From NCBI GenBank assembly GCA_951406725.2, contig OX597827.1, positions 45,260,001 through 45,324,000 on the forward strand: 64,000 bases of DNA, read 5' to 3'. Shown here piece by piece: positions 1-14,277 of this stretch; position 1 is the stretch's first letter; every line of letters starts with the position of its first letter. The notes beneath the pieces were generated by a model. The model worked only from the letters and a program-made list of their open reading frames with translations. It did no database searches and was not told where the DNA came from. This DNA comes from Octopus vulgaris (lineage: Eukaryota). A program made the position numbers and the translations under genes.

Positions 1-445
1 TAGAATATGGTTTAAACGATTGTAACTTTCCGGTAAATACAATGTATTAAAATGAAAGTCATAAACAATACAGAACTATGACCTTTGATATAATGTCACG
101 GTTTAGTTGTTGTTTTTGTTGTTGTTGATTATCTCCAGGTCAGCTCTTATTGAGAAGATTTACAATCAATGGTATTCCAACCATTACTATTACGTCTTTT
201 CACCACCCACACAAAGCACAAAGGCACACACATATATATGTGTGTATGTATGTATGTATGTATGTATGTATGTATGTATGTATGTATATATGCATGCATT
301 ATGTATGTATGCCTGTATGTATGTATGGATGTATGTATGTATGTATCTATGTATGTATATATATATACTTTACTTTGATACTTTGATAGGTTTCGGACAT
401 TATTGGCCCAGGCCATGTCTAACTTAATAGCACCACCTGGTATAT

Positions 446-485
446 AAAGAAGATTTGAACACATGGAGGAAAGCACCTTCGAAAA

Positions 486-537
<52 letters not shown>

Positions 538-1027
538 TAGTATTAGTGCTAGTGCATGTATATATGTGTATATATATGTGTATATATTACATGTACATCT
601 ATATATATATACATCTACACATAAAATACAAAATACAAAGTTATATCGTGATATCGCTAGTGATAACAATACTCAAAATATATAACAGACTGGAATTGTT
701 TGCCCGTCTCTTGCAATTTCGATCAATTGTATCTTGTCCTCCCTCTTGTTAAGAAGTGTGGCTACAATCCAGCCTACCTCTACTTCTGGGGTGTGTGTGT
801 GTGGGATCATTTTAAATTTTTTTCCGGGACGTCCTACGTCCCAGATATAAAGGTAAAAATAAAATATTTCCGCTTTGCAAGTTCGAGTCCAGTACTCCCT
901 TGCACGCTCCGTTGACTCGAACCTTGCTTCTATTGTGGCGAATTTACCGCCTCTGATTAGATACCTTTCATAGTCGCACCAAGACACTTTTCGAAGGTGC
1001 TTTCCTCCATGTGTTCAAATCTTCTTT
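446..1027. repeat. Perfect 44-bp inverted repeat (446-489 and 984-1027)
   Basis: AAAGAAGATTTGAACACATGGAGGAAAGCACCTTCGAAAAGTGT and its exact reverse complement. Confidence 0.92.
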
Positions 1028-1294
1028 TTTCTCTACATTGTATACTTTATAGACAATAGTCTTTTCTTTAATTTAATTTTTTATTATCCATCTGGACTAT
1101 TCCATTTCTGCACGCTAATTTTATTTTTAATTTATTCCCATTCATGTGAAACCACTTATTCAAGTTCAAATCATTGATGCAATTTTATACCAATTGCTAT
1201 TTTTACTCTTGTTATGTTACGATTATATTATACTTTAGTTTGATTTTAATTATTACTTACTACATATAATTCAATTGTTATTATTATTTTTATT

Positions 1295-1708
1295 GTTAAA
1301 GTGAAAGTATCTGACATAAAATGGAGAAACGTTTTTGTTTCACTTTTAACACGTAATACTGAAATAGTGGAGAAGATATGATATTGCTATGGGCTCGCTC
1401 TAGGCAAGAAGTTGAACATTTGTTTTGCCCATGAAACTACATGGACCCTAAGTAAGGCATGTGTAAAATTTGAATGGAATTGGTTGTGTAGTTCTCAAGT
1501 TTTAGGGAATCGTAGTGGAGAAGATATGATATTGCTGTGGGCTCGCCCTAGGCAAAAAGTTAAAAAATTTTTTTTCCGATGACACTCCCCGGACCCTAAG
1601 TAAGGCATGTGTAAAATTTGAATGAAATTGGTTGTGTAGTTCTCAAGTTTTAGGGAAACACACAGACAGACAGACAGACACACATTCTCAATTTTATATA
1701 TATAAAGA
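1295..1708 (-). mobile_element. Helitron-type non-autonomous fragment (5' part) with an internal 147-bp tandem duplication
   Basis: The minus strand begins A|TCTTTATATATATAAAA followed by (TGTC)n, the same layout as the 44.5-kb element. Duplicated units at about 1365-1510 and 1512-1657. The 3' CTAG end was not found. Confidence 0.65.
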
Positions 1709-2940
1709 TATATAAGAAAAATAGTGATTAAATAAATCTAGGCGAATATTTCTTTAAACACTGTGAAAATATATCCCAATTATCGATATTTTCCTGTCGA
1801 TATTATGGTAATCATTTTACCTTGTTAGTAATTTCTTATGACAGCTACAAATCTTACATCTGAGGTTGATTACCAATTAATTTCAGTATATTAGTCTCAA
1901 AGTATATTAGGAAAAAAACCCCATAAAGAATGAAGATGTATTATCAAAGAATTATTTTGCTTACACTTGTTTCAAATAATTTAGCACAATCTATTCACTG
2001 CTCAATGAGGTTTGCAAGTTTAATCGATATTTCAGCTGATCGATTAATGAATAAAATCTACAGAGCTGCTAACTGCTAAATTATTCTTGTTCAAATCGTT
2101 TTTACTGGCTTTTCTATACATCGAGATTATGTGGAAGGGAGTTGACAAACTATTCATTTAAATTAAGATGCAATTCTTGACGAAAAAAGAAACACGCCTT
2201 GGCGGTCATTAAACTAATAGCATTTCATAAAAACACCGTTCACGACTACAAGAGGGATACTAGGCAATAATATAAAAACGGAAGTCTGGTATGTATGGAT
2301 TGTCATCCTCCTTTTACATGATACCAATGTATACGGAATTTAGCGAAAACGATGTAAGCTTTGAACAGAATAGTTTAAGAGTCAACAGCTCCATAGTTAT
2401 CATTAAGAATCGTTAAGCACGCCGGATGAAATTCATAGTGGCGTTTCATTCGGCTTTACTGTGACAGTTCAAGTTCAACCAAGGTCAACTTTGGTTTCTT
2501 TCCTTTCGGCATCGGTAAAATAAGTACTGATTGAGCACTAGGCTTGATGTAGTCGACTAGCCCCACCACACGCCCAGAATTTCAGGTGTTGTGCTTATAG
2601 CAAAAAGGATTATTAAAATTTTGGTTCATAAAGTTATCATTTCTTTTTTTAAAAAAGTCGACACCATAGACTTTTTTGTGAGATACTAGATTGATTTTCG
2701 ACTAAAATCAAATAAAGGAACTTTAATAAGAATGTTGAGAGGGTGGTTTTTAACTGGCTTATCTAACCGAAATATTGATTTCTTTTGCCTAATCTTAAAT
2801 CATCTCCATACTATTTTATAATCAATAGAATTGAACTGAGTATCATAAAGATCTCTAAGATCTTATAGATACAAAAATTTTCATCGTCTTTGAAGAAATA
2901 TAGGTTGATTGATAAATAGATAGTTATACACGCACACACA

Positions 2941-3043
<103 letters not shown>

Positions 3044-3279
3044 ATAATTTAGGGTTTAGCAACAAGTTGCTTCAACACATACCGAAAATTTAGAAATAGC
3101 AGCCAAAAGACCGTTATTTCTACTTCCTACAAAATATGTCTCCACAGATAACAATATTTGTGACTCACATAGGTAAAAACAGTTTTTACTGAATATGGTT
3201 CTTTTCCATACTGAAAACTACTTGGTAAATTTATCAATGTATCAAATAAATAATTATTTACCCCATATCTGATATAATG

Positions 3280-3380
<101 letters not shown>

Positions 3381-3480
3381 ATCGAGAGAGAGAAAGAGAG
3401 AGATAAGATGGGAGTGAAAAGGAAAAAGGCAGTCGACACGTGGGATTTGAGTTCAAAACAGTGAAAACCAAATTAGAACA

Positions 3481-3912
3481 TACTCTTTTACTCTTTTACT
3501 TGTTTCAGTCATTTGACTGCAGCCTTGCTGGAGCACCGCCTTTAATCGAGCAAATCGACCCCAGGACTTATTCTTTGTAAGCCTAGTACTTATTCTATCG
3601 TTCTCTTTTGCCGAACCACTAAGTTACGGGGGACGTAAACACACCAGTATCGGTTGTCAAGCGATGTTGGGGGGGGGGGGGGACAAACACAGACACAAAC
3701 ATATACACACACAGATACACACACACACACACATATATATACATATATACGATGGGCTTCTTTCAGTTTCCGTCTACCAAATTCATTCACAAGGCTTTAA
3801 TCGGCCCGAGGCTATAGTAGAAGACACTTGTCCAAGTGCCATGCAGTGAGACTGAACCCGGAACCATGTGGTTGGTAAGCAAGCTACTTACCACACAGCC
3901 ACTCCTACGCCT
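3481..3912 (-). mobile_element. SINE family A, full length (tRNA-derived head, internal microsatellite, (AGTAAAAG)n-type tail)
   Basis: Head GGCGTAGGAGTGGCTGTGTGGTAAG..GGTTCAGTC with A- and B-box-like motifs. More than 10 related copies in the window. Confidence 0.9.
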
Positions 3913-4344
3913 TGTATAACTTCTATAACTTTTATATAAAATAAATAAAATTATTAGAAATTGAGATGCAGATGCATATCAAAACGATCCGATGGGGAAG
4001 CCTCTACATATTCGTTTCAAATGCTAAAAAAATCGGCGAAATTTTATGCTGAACTGCACTGTGTTGAAAAGATCAAGCACATATTAGGTATTGTTTCTAA
4101 ACATAAGTACAATGCATGAAATTTGAGGGAAAAGGACTTGGTTTGCTCGAAGGCATTAACTCGACCGCGAACGAAGTGAAATAGCTTACAACAGGGAAAG
4201 GACGATGTAGAACTTCGCTCGGCGACTTCATTAAACAATTGATTTTAAACTAAACGTAAAATGTAATTGAGACTTTGTAATAAGCTGCTGTGATAATGCA
4301 AAATGCCTATATATCTAAAATAAGACACGCACACTCTTATACAC

Positions 4345-4383
<39 letters not shown>

Positions 4384-4933
4384 CACACACACACACAAAC
4401 ACAAACACACATACGTGTGTGTAAATATATAGTTAACAACAGTTATACAGGTAATCTCCAAGTGGCTTTTCGTCAGGATTGCATTTCTTCTTTCCCAACG
4501 TTTCTACTTTACATTCTATTCCAAAGATGTACTACGTCTGAAAAGTCGTAACAATTGACTCTCTCCATTTCCCTAAGTATAAGGCAAAGAATTTTCATCC
4601 TGAACTTATCCCATCTTATTGTTCTTTGCTCCCTCCACGCACAAAGAAACGCTTACGTCACTGGCAAAACACTATCTTTTAGATAGCATGTTCGCGCAAA
4701 CACACGGTTACAAACTCACATATAAGCACACAGATACAGGCGCGCGCACACACGCACGCACGCACGCACGCACACATACATACATATACACACAAACATA
4801 AATATACGCATTTACACGCTCTTAAATAAGCACCTTTCCGTGTCTACATTAGTATTCGCAATTAACATCGAATAAAAGAATTCCTGTATGCACATATACA
4901 GATGCACAGATGTATTTGTATATGTATGCATGC

Positions 4934-4966
<33 letters not shown>

Positions 4967-5717
4967 TGTATGTATGCATGTATGTATGTATGTATGTATG
5001 TATGCATGCATGTATGTACATACTAGTACATCTATTTGTTGTCTACACCACCAGTCTTCGTCTTTTGTTTCTTTGTGAATTCTCCCCCACTATATATATA
5101 TATACATGTATGAGTGTGTGTTTACATTGCTAAGACAATATGTGTGTGTGTGTGAGAGAGAGAGAGAAAATTGCAAACAATGAATGAAATAAACATGAAA
5201 TGAAAAAAAATTATATAAATAAATGTTCATTAAAACTACCTTGTACCGAATATTTAAATTTGTGAACTTGAAATATTCAATAATAAAAAGAAATGTTCAG
5301 AAAGTAAATTTTTTCTGAAAACTACAGTTTATAAAAAAACCTCACTTGCTTATTTCTTTCATTTATTTATCGTAAGTAAATATTTCTTTCAGCAATTTAT
5401 ACATTTTGCGCGCTAGAAATAGCAGCGATCACATAGTTATTGTTGTAAGCCTTATAGCTTTCCAACTAGCAATACCAACAAAATCACTTCTTAAAATTAA
5501 AAAAAAAAAAACCCACCGATATATTAAAAAAATTCCGTTTTATCAAAAATAGATCTCAAAGTTATACACCTATTTGGTCTAATAGCATTCATTCATTAAA
5601 TAATCGTTTTATAATACGTATATTGAATAAACTATGGCTTTTGAAAATAGCGATTGAAAACTTGAAATGAAAACATTGAAATAAAATTATACTAAATTAC
5701 CATTATTGATAATAGAG

Positions 5718-5804
<87 letters not shown>

Positions 5805-6090
5805 GTAAATGAAAACGGAAAATTTCGCCTACAACGAACTCCGCAATAAATGCCACGAATATTTAAGTTTGTGAAAAACTTAAACTTCAAATATTCAATA
5901 AACTTCAGAAATCGAAATTACAGGAAATTTCTTGGAACATAAATTTATAAAAACAATTTCCAGACAGTCAAGACTTTAATAATTGCTTTCTATTAGAAAC
6001 TGTTAATTACCCAATTATTAATCAGCTTTCTCCATTATATTATATATATATATTATTTACAAATATGCATTATGTATGTGCATATATGTT

Positions 6091-6182
<92 letters not shown>

Positions 6183-7661
6183 CTTAGAAATAAAAATATT
6201 TCTATCTATCTATCTATATATTTCTATGTATGCGTACATACACACACACATATACATGAGTGCGCGCACATACACAAGCATTTTATGTATGCTGTGTATG
6301 TGTGTATGTATGTGCGCGCGTGTGTGTGTGTGTTTGAGTGTGTTTTGTATTTGTTTATTTGTACATCGAGATGATGATAAAGTTTTATGTTGTCTGAAGA
6401 ATACAAAACAATTCCCAGCGTTGTGGCGAATGAATAATGTTTCATTTTTGATTAGGTGGGGAGGTGTTCATTTCTGTTCCCGTAAGGAAGAAGCTCTGAC
6501 GTAATGGATGTGGTGGTAGTGATACTACTATTACTACTACTACTAGTAGTAGTAGTAGTAGTAGTAGTAACGATGACGGTGGTAGTGGTGGTAGTGATGT
6601 TTGTAGAATTGTTGGCCATGGTGGCGATAGTGACAGTAGTGGTGGTTGTGGTGGTGTAATGGAAATGCGTTGTTGTAGTGGTGTTGGTGGTGGCGTTTGT
6701 GGTAGTGATGATGATGATGGTGATAATCATGCGCAGTGGTTATGGTTGCTGCAAATGACAGGCAGGTATAGGTTGTGATGCATATTGAGTGGGCGCGTTG
6801 GTTCTGGACAATGATGGTAGTGGTGATGATGATGATGATGATGATGATGATGGTAGTGGTGACGATTGCTTAAATGTTAGTTTATCGCGATATCGTTCTT
6901 GATGCTTTTGGCGATCATGTTGTTATTTTTGTTGTTGTTGTCGGTGGTGGTGGTCATGATGGTGATGATGATGAGGAGGATGCCGACGGTCGTTGTCGTG
7001 GGGGATAATGATGATGATTGCCACGGTGAGAATCATTGTGATGATGATTACTAAAACGCCAGTTTATTGCACATTCTTTCTGATGTTGGTGACTTTGATG
7101 ATGATGATGATGACGATGACGACGACGATGAGCCATGCTGGTGGGGGCTAACACAGTGAAACCCCAAACACGCATGCACACACTCTCACACATCTATACC
7201 GCGGTGTCTTTTAGTTTCCGCCTTCGACCCAGATGATAAATTGTTCAGGGTGCCGCACAGAGGAACTGAACACGGAGCCATCGGGCTAAGGCGAACTTCT
7301 TTGGCACGTGTGTGTGTGTGAGAGAGAGAAAGTGTGAGTGCATATGTGTGTGTGTGTGTGTGTGTGTGTAAGGACCGGTTTCTCGGTTTCATTGGCGTAT
7401 ATTGTCCCCATCTGGACGTCGAAGGTGAGCTGCTAGATGCAGGAGGAAAGAGTGAGAGAAAGTTGTGGTGAAAGAGTCAGCAGAAGTTCGCCATTACCCT
7501 CGGCCGGAGCCGCATGTAGCTTAGGTGTTTCACTCATAAACACGTACAACGCCCGGTCTGAGATTCGAACCCGCGTCCCTCGACCACGAGTCCGCTGCTC
7601 TAATCACTAGGTTAGAGCTGCAGACTCTAACACTAGGTCATGTGCCTCCACAAATATATTT

Positions 7662-7749
<88 letters not shown>

Positions 7750-7751
7750 AT

Positions 7752-8131
7752 TGCCTTTTACTTGTTTCAATCATTTGACTGCGGCGATGCACCAGCACCG
7801 CCTCGAAGATTTTTTAGTCGAACGAATCGACCCCAGTACTTGTTAGTTTTTGTAAGTGTTAGTACTTATTCTACAGGTCCCTTTTGGCCGAACCGCCAGG
7901 GACGTAAACACACTAACACCGGTTGTCAAGCAGTGGTGGGAACAAACACACAAAGACACAGACACACTCACACACATATATACACAACAAGCTTCCTTCA
8001 GTTTCCGTCTGCCAAACCCACTCACAAGGCTCTGATCGGCTCGATGCTATAGTAGACGACACTTGCCCAAGGTGCCACGCGTGGGATTGAACTCGGAACC
8101 ATGTGGTTGGGAAGCAAGCTTTTTACCACAC
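7752..8131 (-). mobile_element. SINE family A
   Basis: Colinear with 3481-3912. Confidence 0.85.
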
Positions 8132-8362
8132 GTATATATGTATGTATATTGATACGCTTTGATTCCAGGCGAAACTACCTTGTTACAATAGTGACCTCAC
8201 TCATTGGTGGGCGGTTATCTCCCCTACCAGTACATAGACAGTGTGCCTTTTGTAGCTATAAAGGACTTTGACTCTTGTTTCTAGCAATGTAGGTGCTTCC
8301 CTGCACCCTCAGTTACTATTAGTGACAACTGAATCTTTCCTTTTTAGTTATATGTGTGTGTG

Positions 8363-8565
<203 letters not shown>

Positions 8566-8740
8566 TGACGGATGTGATGTCAGTTCAGCTCCGAAGGTAA
8601 TTGTTTATTTTGACTATTTATAGCCCAATTTTTGTGTAAATTTTTGCAAATAAGGTGTGTAAGGCAACCAACTTTCGTTTGAGTGCTTTTCCAGTTTCGA
8701 CCCCATTTCATTTCTGTAATTTTATTCTCGACATTAGAAA

Positions 8741-10630
8741 ATGTCTAGAAATTTTATTGTAGAGCGCTGGTCGCGTTCTTTTATGGAACAACATTTTCCT
8801 AGTCTGGAAAAGATAGAGAAAAAAATGAACGTTCGCACGGAAAATGCAAACGTAAAATTCGGTGAAATGAACGCTGCAACCACGTGCGTTAACAGCCCTG
8901 TCACCACCGCCACCACCACCACTAACAACAGCAACCACGAGACAACAACTGCTACCACCACCACCTCCACCACCACCACCACCACCACCACTACCACGAC
9001 CAACATAAATGATAAAAATAAAACTGAAACGAAAACTTTTGACAAAAACAACAGCAACAACAAGAACAACAATAAAAATGAACTATCTAATAGTGAAGAT
9101 GTTAATACAAAAAAATCAACAACATCAGTAAATTTCGCAAACATTCTTCGCCAGAAGAAAGAAATTGTAACATTCACAAATGAAGAGCTCATAGAGACAA
9201 GAGCTCTCTTTACAACCCGTGGACAAGATTTAGTGCTGCATACACCTCAACATATAAAACAAGAAATAGAAAATAAGACAATTGTATATAAAATTATTAG
9301 AAAAAACAAAAAACCAAATGAACAGATTACAAAAACTGATGTGGAGAAATGTTTAAAAAACATAATGAAAGAAAAAGAGTATATAAACTGGGGTCCCCAG
9401 TTTAACACAGTAGTGGTCCGCTTCCCTAACCAGGAAGTGGCAAAAGCTCACTCTACTGAGTCTCTGGGAAATGATGAAATCATCATGGTCCCTTATTATA
9501 AAAACCAGAGGGTGAGTAGAATTACTATCAGAAATGTACCCCCCGATATGCCGAACAAATGGATAACAGGGGCAATCTGTTACCACTTGAAAAAGATCAA
9601 TATTTTAGAAACAGCCGTGTACCTAAACGACAATTGGGGTGGAAAAACAGTAGTAGTGACCATCCAGATTGAGGGGGCCTCTATCGAGAGCCTACCCGAC
9701 AAGATATACTTGGAGAATGGGCAATGCCTATATGTTATGGCAGAAGGCAAAAAGCCTAGATGCTACAAATGTGGCAGCCCCGAACATTTGATTGCCAAGT
9801 GCGATCTGGTACAGAAAAAACAAGAAAGAACAAATCAGAAAACAAATAAAATCCCTTTGTTGCCAACACAAACACACTCAATTATGGAACAATGCCAAGA
9901 AAAACAACAAACCAGCAAACAAACCCCAACAACATAACCAAGAAAAACAGTACCAACACAATCACCGTTGACTTCACAACTAATTAAACCTGTTGAATTA
10001 ACAAAAAATAGACCCACGCCCACACCCAGGACGACAATTAAAAAGACAGAAAACACTGACGAGAAGACAAATGCTACCCCTAACACCACAACAACACAAA
10101 CACCGCACAAAACATCAACAATTTATACAAGCATACATAGTAATGCAAATGTTTTGCCTCTACCCCATACTGATACGTCGGACGACGAAAGTTCGACGGA
10201 ATGGCAAATAGCCACAGGGGGTAAAAGAAAAAGATCCAAAAAATCCACCAAACAAGGAAGTAAAGCAGGGAGATATCTAACTCAGGACAACATCCCCCTA
10301 GACAATCAAAAAAGTAATGAACCCGTAAAACCACACACACAACTAACTGCAATAGACACAGACAATAAAGAATTAATGGACTACATCAAATCTAACATGG
10401 TCGTCTGTGAAGATGACTTTAAGACAAACAATCATCCGCACACCACACCACCGAAACACATCAGAATTTTACACATAACACAAGCACAACACCACATACT
10501 GAAAACAATATTTCCGAATGCGGTAGGCGGGTATCAACGATACCTGTCGAAAAAACTATACAAACACCTCATCAAAAACGATACAAAAGAAGAAGAAGAA
10601 AAAAATGAAACTTTTAAAATGAGTAAGTGA
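8741..10630 (+). pseudogene. LINE ORF1 (nucleic-acid chaperone with CCHC zinc knuckle), one in-frame stop
   Basis: Track ORFs 8741-9937 and 9968-10630 share a frame, separated only by TAA at 9935-9937. CYKCGSPEHLIAKC fits CX2CX4HX4C. Thr/Asn-rich N-terminus, basic KRKRSKK patch. Confidence 0.85.
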
Positions 10631-10687
10631 CCTCACTTCTTGCCTCTTGTCTCTTCTAATATAGTGTGTAAAACACAATTTTCGTAA

Positions 10688-13600
10688 ATGTCAAGTATGC
10701 TTAAATTAGGTTGTGTGAATGCGCGTGGCTTGGCGTCGGCTTGGAAGCAAGGTTACCTTCTAAACGACATCAAGTCACTGGACGTGGATATAGTAGCTAT
10801 CAGTGAAACCAGACTCAGTAAGCCGCGGGCCCTCGAGTCCATGTTTGACAATCAATTTGACATTTATTTTTCTCCCTGTCTGCCGAACATGGGTGGTGGA
10901 GGTACTGCGGTGCTTTTTCGAAAGAGTCTAAAGGTAAAAGTAAGAGCAATATTCCTAGACCCGGAGGGTAGGCTGGTTGTCTTGGACGTGGATGGCAGAA
11001 ATGGGTGTGCATTCCGTCTGATGGCAGTTTATGCACCGTCCTTAACGGGTCGGGCGGATTTCTTCAGACGTCTAGAGGTTTTCCTGGGTACGTCTAGACC
11101 TTTACTGTTAGTAGGGGATTGGAACGCTACCTTGGACACGCATCTAGATTATGTGGGAAGGGATAGGAATAGAAGGGGGTGTAAGAGCCTCAAAGACCTG
11201 CTCAGACGTTTCCATTTGTCTGACAGGTTCCGACTCGACCATCCGAACGTGCCAACGTGGACTTGGACAAACCGCGTCGGATCGTCGAGATCTTATCTAG
11301 ATAGAATTCTATGCAGGACAGCGGATAGGGATAGTGTAGGATGTCCACAATTTAAAATAGTCAGCTACACAGATCACAAATTTGTTACGTGTACGCTCGA
11401 CTTAGATAAAACACAAAGGCAGGGTCCCGGTTACTGGAAACTGAACACGTCGCTGTTAGCGCGACAGGTTTACAGGAACCGGATTAGCGAGTTAATTAAG
11501 AGGGCGCTGACGGGAGCGGTCGTTAACAACCGCTGGTGGTACGCCCTGAAAATGGCAATAAAATCGGAATCAATTAGGTTTAGCAAGGAATTAGCGATAG
11601 AACGAAATAGAGTAGAGGGAAACTTAGTTAAGAAACTAGAAGAGGCACTTACCACTGGCAGCGCAACCAACGTGCTGGCTGCGAGGATGGCCCTCGACCA
11701 ACACCTCAACGCCAAGCACGAAGGTTGCGTCGTCAGAGCTAAAATGCGTGCCTTAAGGAACGAAGGGATAGAAGCTGCGCGAGAGGCCCGGGTAGCGGAG
11801 GCGCAGCGTGGCAACAGATCAACCATTCGGTCTCTAATAGATCAACAGGGATGCAGTTTACTCGAACCCTAAAGGATGTGTGAGGCCTTTCAACAGCACT
11901 TTGCTAGACTGTTTGGTGCGAGTGGTGGGTCGGAACGAGGGATGGATTTCAGTGCCTACCTGACCGACCTGCCGCGGCTCTCGGCAAGAGAAGCGGAGTG
12001 TTGTGAAAGTCCCATCACAGCCGCTGACGTGTGGGATGCGATGGCGGGCTGCGCAAGGGATAAGTCGCCTGGATTGGATGGTTTACTCTACGAGCTGTAT
12101 TGTCGAATGCCAGACTTGTTTGGCGACCTCTTGGCATCAGTCTACTGCAACTGGCAACAAAACGGGAGAATCCCCGGTTTCGTGAGCCGAGGTGCAGTGA
12201 CGTTGCTGAAGAAAGACTCAAACAAGGGGAATTTTATAGATAATTTCAGGCCCATCACTCTGCTCAACGCAGATTTGAAAATTTTGGCCAAAGTAATAGC
12301 CGAGAGGTTGGCGCTTGTCATTGGTAAACTGGTCAACAGGGCGCAAACATGCGCCGTGCCGGGCAGGACCATACATGACAACCTCCATCTGATGCGCTAC
12401 ATTGTGGACAGGGTAGTTAAGGATCCTGGCATGGGTGGGGCGCTGATAAATTTGGATCAGTCTAAAGCCTTCGATAGGGTCGACCATCGGTACTTGGCGG
12501 CCGTCCTCAGGGCGGCTGGCTTCGGTCCCGTCTTCCGCGGTTGGATCGCTGCCTTGTATAGCGGCATCCGATCGGTGATTCAGGTGAACGGTCACCTGTC
12601 GAAACCGTTTGACATCACGCGTTCGGTCCGTCAGGGGTGTCCCCTGTCGGCGCTTCTGTATGTATTGACTCTCGAGCCGCTACTGCGGAAGATGGCGACA
12701 CTGAGGGGCATCCCACGGGAACTGGGTTGCGGGACGAGCGTGTCGGCATATGCGGACGATGTCACCGTCATAGTGTCGAGCGACAAACACATCAAGATGA
12801 TAGGCGAGACACTAAGAAAATACGAAACGGTGACGGGAGCAAAGATTAACCCGGAAAAGTCAGTGGGTTTGCTACTCGGCACCTGGAGAAGCAAGCCCAT
12901 GCCGTCCGACTGCGGCTCAGTAATGGGACGCTGGACGGACGGACCGGTTAAATTGCTCGGGGTCTGGTTCAGTCCGGACCTCCAAATGGATAAGAACTGG
13001 GACGAGATCACGAGTAGAGTGGTCGCTCTCAGCCAAACATGGGCCGAGAGAAAGCTGTCTCTAAAAGGCCGGGCGAAGGTGGCGAACGCGTACATCGCAT
13101 CCGTCATCGATTACCGCCTGACCGTCGTACCTTGTCCCGACGCCACCATCACCAAACTGGAACGCATACTCTTCCGCTTCCTGTGGAAGGGTGGCGTTCC
13201 GATGGTGAGGAAGTCCATTTGCTGTCAACATCCGTTGAATGGAGGACTGGGCATGCCGTGGTTGATGATGCGCAGGCATGCGCTGAGACTGCGACATCTC
13301 TGGAAATTCATCGACGACGGTGAACAGGTGTGGGCGCCGTTTGTGAGGCGCGACTTCCCGCAGCTCGTCTCACTGACCGAACTGCAAACGTGGATCAAAA
13401 AGAGACCGAAACTGGGCGATTGGCACCGAGAGTGTCGCCAAGCTCTACAGCAGCTCTGCCGACCGGGGTCAAACTTGTGCAACTTCCAAACGACTAAAGC
13501 GTTCTATAGAGGACTAGTGGAGGGGAGGTCCGACGACACACTCGGGGCAAACCTGGGCGTCGACGAGGAATTCCTAACCCGCCTGTTCAGAACGACGTTC

Positions 13601-14124
13601 GGGCCGGGGCCTATGGATAACTTCCAGAAATCCCTGGCTTGGCAGTGCTATCGAGACGCACTACCTGTTCGAGAGAAGAGCTACAGACACGGTTCGAAAA
13701 CCATCACCGGACCGACCTGCCCGAGATGCGGTCAGAGCGACGAAACCGTTCTGCACGCACAGATATTTCAGAGCTGTGGTCCTTCGTCGAACAGCTGTTG
13801 TCACGTGTAGGTCAGGCTCGCCTATCGGCCGAGTCTATTGTGAATATTGTTCCACCACCTTCCTTTAAACGGGAAGGGAAAACGGTTTTCGTTACGCTGA
13901 TGGCTATGGCGAAAGAATGTGTGTGGTGGACGCGTTTGAAAGGACTGCAAACAAACACCTTCCTCTCTGGTCAGTCACTCGTCAACTTTTTCAAGTACCA
14001 CTTGAAAAGGAGGATGAGAATAAAGAGGAAGGCTTTGTCGAACGAATGTTTTAATAAAAAGTGGGTCAAAGTGGCAAAAATGGTCAGTATGAAAGACGAC
14101 ACTATTTTAAGCATAAATCTGTAA
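10688..14124 (+). pseudogene. LINE ORF2 (APE endonuclease, reverse transcriptase, zinc finger), one stop and one frameshift
   Basis: APE motifs: NARGL, SETRL, VYAP, GDWN, YLDRI, TDH. Linker GPGYWKLNTSLL. RT motifs: KSPGLDG, FRPITLLNAD, LDQSKAFDRVDH, QGCPLS, YADD. C-terminal CPRC..H. In-frame TAA at 11870-11872; frameshift near 13759 continuing in track ORF 13639-14124. Confidence 0.95.
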
Positions 14125-14240
14125 CCAAAAGAGGCAACGAGAAGTAAGGCGACTTACTCATGTGTTCTTTTTCGAATTGTCTGAGGTGACCTTGGTCTTT
14201 TTTGTAGGTTTTTCTTTCCAAGACTACACCTAAACTGTGA

Positions 14241-14277
<37 letters not shown>

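Noticed and set aside
11470-13482. Antisense and alternate-frame ORFs within LINE ORF2
   Set aside because: Expected shadow ORFs of a GC-rich coding region.
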